DNA of 64,000 bases from Laetmonice hystrix (Eukaryota). The position numbers were made by a program, and so were the translations under genes. How positions within the stretch are numbered: the first letter of the stretch is position 1; every line of letters starts with the position of its first letter. The stretch covers positions 26,910,001 through 26,974,000 of the forward strand of contig OZ249436.1 of the NCBI GenBank assembly GCA_965235115.1, read 5' to 3'. Of the stretch, positions 28,379 through 37,719 are shown in pieces. The notes below the pieces were generated by a model, which saw nothing but the letters and a program-made list of their open reading frames with translations, was not told the DNA's origin and made no database searches.

Positions 28379-31300
28379 TGGTGATTTTAGGCGGCAACCA
28401 AGGCCAAAAAGATAAAACAAGAAAATAATTCAGGTGATGGTGTGAGGAAATAAATCCCTTAATCTCGTGGAAGTGACTGCTGTAAAACAAAAATAAAATA
28501 ATTTTATGGTAAATTAAGTCCACAAAAGGAAAAGAAAAGTCGGGCACATGGCTACATGATGCTCCTCTGTAAATGATTCACGCGGGAGGTGCACTCCCGA
28601 GCGCTACGCAAGCGACACCTACCGGGAAAGGGGAATTCAGATTAAACTTCAACGAGGTGTGAATCGGTCTTGATTTCGGAATAGAACTGAAAATGGTTCG
28701 AGAAGCGGTACTCTAATTTCCCCCCAATTTATCTATTTTCAGTTAATGGGGTTCAACCAAAGGCGACTGACGAATACAAAGCCATGCAGGTGTATGAAAT
28801 ATCTATAATTATAGGCCCGAGTATTATAGTCAATCCGAGGGATTTTGAAGTTTGAATGTGATGTCACTTCACTGTGTGAACTTTCAATTTTGAAGTAGGG
28901 TTCTTGGGTCAGAAAATAATATATGGATGCCACCAATATCACTTTGTACTTGGCAATCTCCATACAACTGACTTCCAAACTACCCCTTTTTATCAACCTG
29001 TACGGGATCTATACCTCTGATATAAACATGACCCTGTCAAATGTTGAATATTTCAGATACCGTATATGTAACCAAAGTAACTGACTGTAACAGGCCAAAA
29101 GGCGTGACAGAAGAACTCCGTTACGATTAAACTTAGTCTTTTATTGTGGTTGGTCTTTTCTTCATAAAAGACAATTAAATCAAATAAGCTTTTTCTATAT
29201 CATATTATCAGGGTTACTAGGACCTCCATGTAGGCTATATTCACAAAATTGGCAAAAATCAAAAATCATCGCCCGCCCCGCTTTTTGTTCGTGGTGAATC
29301 GTCGGGAGAGGTTGAAAACTTTCATACACTATATAGGGGTGTGGGAAGGTGACCCTTACTCCCACCACCCACCCCCACCCCCCACCCCCCACCCCCAAAC
29401 CCCACAATCGTTTTTCACAGGAAACATTAGGACCATCGAAAGCTTCAACCTGTTTTACGCACACATACCACCCACCCACCAGCCACCGAGACCTTCCCAG
29501 ACCCAGAGTACACACAACGTATCCCTAAAGATCGCGAATACAGCGCCGCGCCGCCTCACCGTCCGCTCCGTATATTAGCTGCGGTTTCAACGTCGCGCTT
29601 CTATTGTAAAATCCTCTAAATTCACCAATTGAGCGTTTGCGTGAAAAGTGAAAGGTTCAGACCCAGTGGTGAGGGGAAATGAAGTAATTTGTTGGCAGAC
29701 AGCTGGACAGCGCACACAAAAGAGGGCGGATAATTGTGGTAATGACGCGTTATTTAGTGGACAAAGGGGGGGGAGGGGTTGGTGGATGGCCGGGTTGGTG
29801 GCAGGGTGGGCGGCCCCCACTGCCGACAGCCTTGGCCCGTGAAAACCCCTCAACACCACCCCTCCACCCAGCCACCACACCCCCGACTCTAACGAAGAGA
29901 GCACATGCACTGTAACATTTTAATCAACACCAACATTAGCAGGGCTTCTCAATAATGCGGGCCCGTATACTTCAACGTTTCATTTGGTTCATTCCTACTG
30001 AACGTTATACAATGGCTATCAATACCAGAAATTTACAATTTTAGACAGGAGACATGGGTCGCTAATGTTAAAAGCATCAAGAGTTAAAGAAGCACGAACT
30101 TTATCATACACCAACAACAAAACAATTGACATTTCCTAGTCATTATGTTACTATACGACGTAATTTTATTTTCTGATAGTGGTTCACACATCAGGGCTAC
30201 ATACTGAGAAGCTATTTCAGATGTCTCTCCTATAAGTACACCATGGAAAGCAAACCCTCACAAATCTTTGACAAGTTTAGCTTTAGCCTTGCAAATCGTT
30301 CGAAGCTCATCCACTAAAACGTTTTCACTTAATGGACAGTAAGGTTGTAACCGTTGTCTTATCACACATCAAATCGCAACCGCCATGACTGAAATGGACC
30401 TAATCATGGCAATTTGCTCTCAGTGGACCTGACCTAGCTTAGATCGAGATTACCTTTGTCACCAGACCGGGCTGTTTTCAAACAGATCCGGCTCATTGTA
30501 GAGAAGGAAAATGTGTTTACAAGTAGTCTGAATGCTCAGATTTACGTATCAAAACTGATGGTTGTATTACGACGATTCGATGGGGGTCAGCAAATTATCT
30601 TAGGGGTGCGTTTACTTTTCAAACCAAACCATGCATGAGAAGTGAGAAACAAAATTATGGTTGATTTGGAGAAATGGACGCAGACACGTGGGCTGATGGG
30701 GTTAGAGAGTGTTATCCTGTATCAGTGGGGGTTAATGTTACGAAAACAAATCTTCAGGGTGATCCATAGGCCTATCCGAGCAAACTATCAGTATAGAATC
30801 TAGGGAAATAAATACGTAGGCCTACATGGGGAGTCCCTATACAAGTTGGGGGTGGTGGTGAAGAAGAAGGGAGGATTGTTTATTAAGTGTCAATCCAGGA
30901 TAAAAGTGGCCTAAAAAAATAATTTTCTTCAAACTTACGTGGTCTATCGTGGGAATAGTGGGTCCCAGGAACCACCCCTACATACGCCACTGCATGCCTT
31001 TAGAGTAGATAGACTCCTCTATATATACTTAGCCCCTTATAGGTTCGGCGTAGAGCCTAGTTCACGTCCTATGAGGACAGTAACGTTCGCCGTCCACCAG
31101 AAGCACATAAAGGTTGAAGGTGTGCTACATCGGTGAGCCTTGGGCAAATTGTAAATTATCTGTCCAAGGGAGAGATAACGCGACGGCTCACCAGCAGCGC
31201 TTGGTGTCCTCTGTTCAAGATAACAATGAACTCGTCCTGACATCTGGTGGCAGGAGATGGAATCAGCTCCCATGGGAGCAGTGACGTAGGCCTATGGCAT

Positions 31301-31563
31301 ATAGCATAATGCAAAGACTGGCAAAACAGTAGAACTTTTGAGCCTATATTCCTTGATACCAAAGTCAAAGTTCGTAGTATTGACTGCATAAAGTCTGTAA
31401 AATTCTGCCTTGGTTCTATTTATCTGGCCCGGCCGGCCGGCCAACTTTGCTATGGTTGGCCGTGGTGAACAAAAATCAAGAATGCATCTCACCGAAAACA
31501 TAGAATCATGTATTGGTGATTTTCAATTTTACGGCCAATCATAACAGTGAAATGCCTAAATCG

Positions 31564-32123
31564 GCAGGTGTGATGTGGTAAAGTGACCCCGTGGTAAAGT
31601 GACCAGGGGTCAATTTACCACGTGGTAAATCGACCCCCAGGTCACTTTACCACAGTGGAAAAGTGACCTCCCCTGTGGAAAAATGACCCAGGTTGAATAA
31701 CATAGATATTAGGCATAACGTCTTTACATTGGAATCTATCGTTATTTTCCTGCTTCTTGGTATTTTTCAACAGTTTTGACACATGTTCAGCAGTACTCAC
31801 TTTCGCGATTTGCGCAAGTTTAAAAGGGCAAACCAGCAGATACGGGTGCTACCTGTACGCCCCTCGGTTAGGGTTAAGGTAAGTTTAGGGTTAGGTCTAT
31901 TTGAATTAACACTATTTGCAAATTGCGCACATTGACAAATTGAGTACGACATGTGAACAAAAACATCCTTTTGTATCCTTTCTATAAATATCAAAAATAA
32001 ACAGAACAAGAAATGTCTTAACTTTTCCTTGATGGTCAGATTACCACAGGGAGGGTCACTTTTCCACTGTGGAAAACGGGGGGTCAATTTACCACGGGGG
32101 TCAGTTTTCGATGTGACACCGGC
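31564..32123. mobile_element. MITE with long imperfect TIRs (G[C/A]GGTGT-type termini)
   Basis: Left end gcaggtgtgatgtggtaaagtgacccc...ccacagtggaaaagtgacctcccctgtgg; right end reverse-complements to gccggtgtcacatcgaaaactgacccccgtggtaaattgacc...ccacagtggaaaagtgaccctccctgtgg. Central ggttagggttaagg tract. Confidence 0.8.
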
Positions 32124-32602
32124 CGGCCGGGCCAGTGGATAAGGGCCCGTATTCATAAAAGCAGACCGAATAAGTAGGCCTACTCACTTAAATTAGGCAC
32201 TCCGAATAAGTCGAATTCAATATGCTAAGTTATGTCGTGCAAACCACCGGAAATGGCCCCTACATTATTGACAAATTGAGTACGACATGTGAACAAAAAC
32301 ATCCTTTTGTATCCTTTCCATAAATATCAAAAATAAACAGAACAAGAAATGTCTTAACTTTTCCTTGATGGTCAGATTACCACAGGGAGGGTCACTTTTC
32401 CACTGTGGAAAACGGGGGGTCAATTTACCACGGGGGTCAGTTTTCGATGTGACACCGGCCGGCCGGGCCAGTGGATAAGGGCCCGTATTCATAAAAGCAG
32501 ACCGAATAAGTAGGCCTACTCACTTAAATTAGGCACTCCGAATAAGTCGAATTCAATATGCTAAGTTATGTCGTGCAAACCACCGAAAATGGCCCCTACA
32601 TT
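31931..32602. repeat. 336-bp tandem duplication (31931-32266 / 32267-32602)
   Basis: Near-identical copies with two substitutions seen; the duplicated ORFs in the track are offset by 336. Confidence 0.95.
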
Positions 32603-32714
32603 TAAGACACCTCCGAGGCTGTATTAAATTTAGGCAGCTTGATCATCGCGCTGAAATTCTGTCATTGTTGGGTCATCCTCACCAGTATTGCACTCATCTT
32701 CTGTGAGAGAAGCT

Positions 32715-32813
32715 ATGGAGGCTGAGGTAGAGGGTATCCGCCTGTAACAAAACAGTATGAAATGGAGGCTGAGGTAGAGCTAGGTCTCCGCCTGTAACAA
32801 AACAGTATGAAAT
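32715..32813. repeat. 47-bp period tandem duplication
   Basis: atggaggctgaggtagag...tccgcctgtaacaaaacagtatgaaat occurs at 32715 and 32762. Confidence 0.9.
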
Positions 32814-33566
32814 CACTGTAGATTCTATTGTACAAAATAAGAGAGGTAAAAATGAGCTATTGCTATATTGTATCCTTCAATTCAATAGAGACGTTTCGCT
32901 TTTAGACTATGCTGGGGTGATAATTAATCGTTGTTTGTGTACGGAATTGTGATGTGGTCATTTTGCTGTCATTGTGTACCATTATTGTAACTCACTAGGC
33001 TAACCCTTTCGATATAAAGGGTTAAGTTGCGTCACCATGGGGAATATTTTAAAAATATTAGAAGCAAATGGTAATTCACATAGCACAGTTGAATATTATT
33101 ACAAGACGTGCGCGCCCTGTCCTTGGCAGGTTGCCTAACTCCAGGAAATCAACCGAAACCACAAGGAAATGTGACATAATATTATCACTGTAAAAAAAAT
33201 ACCGTGGTTTTTACGGAAAATTACCGTTTTCTTGCACGGTAAATTACCGTTATTTGAAATACGGGGAAATATAGTTCAGTCAACACTCACAAGGTGGCGG
33301 AACACGGATTCACTTCAAAGTAACCAAGCACGAGTTGACTTTCTACCCCGACGTGTCATATAATAGGGCCTACCTGCGAAAGCCGGCTAATGCGACCACG
33401 TGCATAATATTAATAATACGGAGTGTCTACTGCCAAAGTACTTTGGGTGGAAGACGACCAAAACGCTATTGTCAAAGTACCAATCAGAAGCTTTGTTACA
33501 TATGACCTCGATTTATTGGCGCCAAGACTAGGACCAGGAGGTGCCATCTTGACTAGTCCTGCTATA

Positions 33567-33733
33567 ATGAAGCTGGGTGACACGTTTCCGACGGACCATA
33601 GCTTTTCTGAGGCATTTGACCAGTACAAGCAGGGTCAGAATGTTGTTTATCACATATACGCCTCAGAAACTGTGAAGACGTATCTAAAAAAACACCCAGG
33701 AAGACAAGACATACGGATCCCAGAGGGGATAAG
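33567..33733 (+). pseudogene. First-exon relic of a MULE transposase-like gene (ZSWIM3/FAR1-like N-terminal region)
   Basis: ATG at 33567 gives MKLGDTFPTDHSFSEAFDQYKQGQNVVYHIYASETVKTYLKKHPGRQDIRIPEGIR, ending at donor AG|GTTAGT. The pattern M.LG..F....F..AF..Y resembles, from memory, the ZSWIM3-type N-terminus of animal MULE proteins. It lies just inside the left TIR. Confidence 0.55.
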
Positions 33734-33860
33734 GTTAGTACATTTCTACATTATTTGACATGATTAACGGTAACTCAGAGCGAAGTTAAAATCATTTTGC
33801 CATGATTGTTACAGGGGTGCAACAAGGCAAGACCTTAGCTATTACAGGTGTGATTATGAT

Positions 33861-35003
33861 ACGCCCTACCCCTTGCTGCCACAGTACTTTGGCAGTAACA
33901 ATGCAGCCTAACGCCTTGCCCCTTGCTGCCACAGTACTTTGGCAATAACAATGCAGCCTAACGCCCTACCCCTTGCTGCCACAGTACCTTGACAATAACA
34001 ATGCAGCCTAACCCCCTACCCCTTGCTGCCACAGTTACTTTGGCAATAACAATACAGCCTAACCCCCTGCCCCTTGCTGCCACAGTACCTTGGCAATAAC
34101 AATGCAGCCTAACGCCCTGCCCCTTGCTGCCACAGTACCTTGGCAATAACAATAGAGCCTAACGCCCTACCTCTTGCTACCACATTACTTTGGCAATAAC
34201 AATGCAGCCTAACGCCCTACCCCTTGCTGCCAAAGTTACTTTGGCAATAACAATACAGCCTAACCCCCTGCCCCTTGCTGCCACAGTTACTTTGGCAATA
34301 ACAATGCAGCCTAACCCCCTGCCCCTTGCTGCCACAGTACCTTGGCAATAACAATGCAGCGTAACGCCCTGTCCCTTGCTGCCACAGTACCTTGGCAATA
34401 ACAATGCAGCCTAACCCCCTACCTCTTGCTACCACATTACTTTGGCAATAACAATGCAGCCTAACGCCCTACCCCTTGCTGCCACAGTACCTTAGCAATA
34501 ACAATGCAGCCTAACCCCCTACCCCTTGCTGCCACAGTTACTTTGGCAATAACAATGCAGCCTAACCCCCTGCCCCTTGCTGCCACAGTACTTTGGCAAT
34601 AGCAATGCAGCGTAACGCCCTGCCCCTTGCTGCCACAGTACCTTGGCAATAACAATGCAGCCTAACCCCCTACCTCTTGCTACCACATTACTTTGGCAAT
34701 AACAATGCAGCCTAACGCCCTACCCCTTGCTGCCACAGTACCTTGGCAATAACAATGCAGCCTAACCCCTTACCCCTTGCTGCCACAGTTACTTTGGCAA
34801 TAAAAATACAGCCTAACCCCCTGCCCCTTGTTGCCACAGTTACTTTGGCAATAACAATGCAGCCTAACCCCCTGCCCCTTGCTGCCACAATACTTTGGCA
34901 ATAACAATGCAGCGTAACGCCTTGCCCCTTCCTGCCACAGTATCTTGGCAATAACAATACAGCCTAACGCCCTGCCCCTTGCTCTCACATTACCTTGGTA
35001 ATA
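33861..35003 (+). repeat. 50-51 bp tandem array, about 22 copies (left arm inside the MULE)
   Basis: Unit gcctaacgccctaccccttgctgccacagtaccttggcaataacaatgca. Confidence 0.97.
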
Positions 35004-35166
35004 TCTCATCAGAAACCATGCCATCTGTCATTTCAGTTAAAATTGATAGACTCTTTGATTACTTCCACTGTAACCATAAACTTTACCATTTATGGCAAAG
35101 AGACTGATCAATTTGGTAAAAATAAAATTGATTTATTGATGAGTGTCGACATTCTTGTTAATTCAG

Positions 35167-35400
35167 AATGCAGATGCACTCGTGAGAGGAGTGGCACCTC
35201 CATCACTCACGCAGCTCCACGTACCAGACTACCGCCAACATACGTACCAGCAGTCCTTGGCCGAACCATTCAAATGACTGTGGAGCGAGGGACTGCACAG
35301 GGACTGGCCGCGCCAAAAAATCCAGTGCGACAATTGTCATGTCTGGTTTCATTATCAATGTGAACAGCTTAGACAACGGAAACCAAAGCTGACAACATCG
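35167..35400 (+). pseudogene. Degenerate exon: C-terminal end of a Ulp1/SENP (peptidase C48)-like domain plus a partial PHD finger
   Basis: After acceptor ttcttgttaattcag|, the frame reads NADALVRGVAPPSLTQLHVPDYRQHTYQQSL (compare the SENP tail pattern AD.....P..FTQ.H.P..R). Shifted frames then give CGARDC (35279) and IQCDNCHVWFHYQC (35320), a PHD C4HC3 core. A stop and frameshifts are present. Confidence 0.7.
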
Positions 35401-35411
35401 GTTAACAAATT

Positions 35412-36980
35412 GTTACTGTGGCAGCAAGGGACGGGGGGTTAGGCTCTATTATTATTGCCAAGGTACTGTGGCAGCAAGGGGTAGGGGGTTAGGCTGCATT
35501 GTTATTGCCAAAGTAATGTGGCAGCAAGGGGCAGGGCATTAGCTGCATTGTTATTGCCAAGGTACTGTGGCAGCAAGGGGTAGGGCGTTAGGCTGCATTG
35601 TTATTGCCAAAGTAATGGTGCAGCAAGGGGTAGGGGGTTAGGATGCATTGTTATTGCCAAGGTACTGTGGCAGCAAGGGGTAGGGGGTTAGGCTGCATTG
35701 TTATTGCCAAGGTACTGTGGCAGCAAGGGGTAGGGGGTTAGGCTGCTTTGCTATTACCAAAGTACCCTGTGGCAGCAAGAGGTAGGGGGTTAGGCTGCTT
35801 TGCTATTACCAAAGTACTGTGGCAGCAAGGGGTAGGGGGTAAGGCTGCATTGTTATTGCTAAGGTACTGTGGCAGCAAGGGGTAGGGCGTTAGGCTGCAT
35901 TGTTATTGCCAAGGTACTCTGGCAGCAAGGGGTAGGGGGTTAGGCTGCTTTGCTATTACCAAAGTACTGTGGCAGCAAGATGATCGAGGTAGGGGGTTAG
36001 GCTGCTTTGCTATTACCAAAGTACTGTGGCAGCAAGGGGTAGGGGGTAAGGCTGCATTGTTATTGCCAAGGTACTGTGTCAGCAAGGGGTAGGGCGTTAG
36101 GCTGCATTGTTATTGCCAAAGTAATGGTGCAGCAAGGGGTAGGGGGTTAGGCTGCATTGTTATTGCCAAGGTACTGTGGCAGCAAGGGGTAGGGGGTTAG
36201 GCTGCTTTGCTATTACCAAAGTACTGTGGCAGCAAGGGGTAGGGGGTTAGGCTGCATTGTTATTGCCAAGGTACTGTGGCAGCAAGGGGTAGGGGGTTAG
36301 GCTGCTTTGCTATTACCAAAGTACTGTGGCAGCAAGAGGTAGGGGGTTAGGCTGCTTTGCTGTTACCAAAGTACTGTGGCAGCAAGGGGTAGGGGGTAAG
36401 GCTGCATTGTTATTGCCAAGGTACTGTGGCACCAAGGGGTAGGGCGTTAGGCTGCATTGTTATTGCCAAGGTACTGTGGCAGCAAGGGGTAGGGGGTTAG
36501 GCTGCATTGTTATTGCCAAAGTAATGTGGCAGCAAGGGGCAGGGCATTAGCTGCATTGTTATTGCCAAGGTACTGTGGCAGCAAGGGGTAGGGCGTTAGG
36601 CTGCATTGTTATTGCCAAGGTACTGTGGCACCAAGGGGTAGGGCGTTAGGCTGCATTGTTATTGCCAAGGTACTGTGGCAGCAAGGGGTAGGGGGTTAGG
36701 CTGCATTGTTATTGCCAAAGTAATGTGGCAGCAAGGGGCAGGGCATTAGCTGCATTGTTATTGCCAAGGTACTGTGGCAGCAAGGGGTAGGGCGTTAGGC
36801 TGCATTGTTATTGCCAAAGTAATGGTGCAGCAAGGGGTAGGGGGTTAGGATGCATTGTTATTGCCAAGGTACTGTGGCAGCAAGGGGTAGGGGGTTAGGC
36901 TGCATTGTTATTGCCAAGGTACTGTGGCAGCAAGGGGTAGGGGGTTAGGCTGCTTTGCGATCACCAAATTACTGTTGCCA
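35412..36980 (-). repeat. 50-bp tandem array, about 31 copies, inverted relative to 33861-35003 (right arm inside the MULE)
   Basis: Unit tgcattgttattgccaaggtactgtggcagcaaggggtagggggttaggc, the reverse complement of the left-arm unit. Confidence 0.97.
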
Positions 36981-37566
36981 CTGGTTTCCACTTTTTCCAA
37001 GTGTTCCATATTACTATACAGATTCAGGCCAAATTACCGCAGGCTGTTTTACTGTAACTCGCGAAAGAAGTTCCGAAAGGCTTTTTTTCAGGGTTACACA
37101 GTTTCGCATGTTAATTGGCATCTCCAAATTATATAGGCCTACATGTATATAAGTAGGCCTACATTACCTTGACTACGTCAGCAAACTACGAGTATACCTT
37201 TTGCTTTTTACACCTAAGATTTTCTCCACACCGACAGTTGTAATTCTCTATGTCCAATGTGAAGGGTCGTTGGCAATAAAGCTCATGTTCAAAATATAGT
37301 ACCACTTGACTTCCTGACTTTATTCTGTCAATAAACGTCATGTTAAGACAGCGTCACCTGACAAAGTACTTCGCCATCGAAAATGTCCCTGTGTGTCATG
37401 AAAAAGTGTGTCAAAACTAAATCTCAGGTCCAGAGATTTCATGTTCCCAGACAAAAAGGACGTTGGCTCAGTAGGTCATGCTTATAAATTGTAGTACATG
37501 TATAGACCTAATCACACTTTTTCCTGTCAAAGTAGGCCTACTTTGGTATTAAAAACCGTATTGATA

Positions 37567-37719
37567 CAGGGCGGATGCGGGATTTAGGAAGGGGCGGGGT
37601 TAAGGGAAGAATTTTCTGGGGGAGAGGAGTAGTCATGGACAATTAAGACAGTTTTAAGGGTGAAAAAAAAGACAAAATTGGCTAGGGGGGTTAACTCCCT
37701 ACCCCCGGATCCGCCACTG
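37567..37719. mobile_element. Small hAT-like MITE inserted in the MULE
   Basis: cagggcggatgcggga ... cccggatccgccactg (reverse complement cagtggcggatccggg). No clean 8-bp TSD. Confidence 0.6.

Noticed and set aside
31866..31895. TTAGGG-like tract as an interstitial telomere
   Set aside because: Only two to three degenerate units, internal to a MITE.
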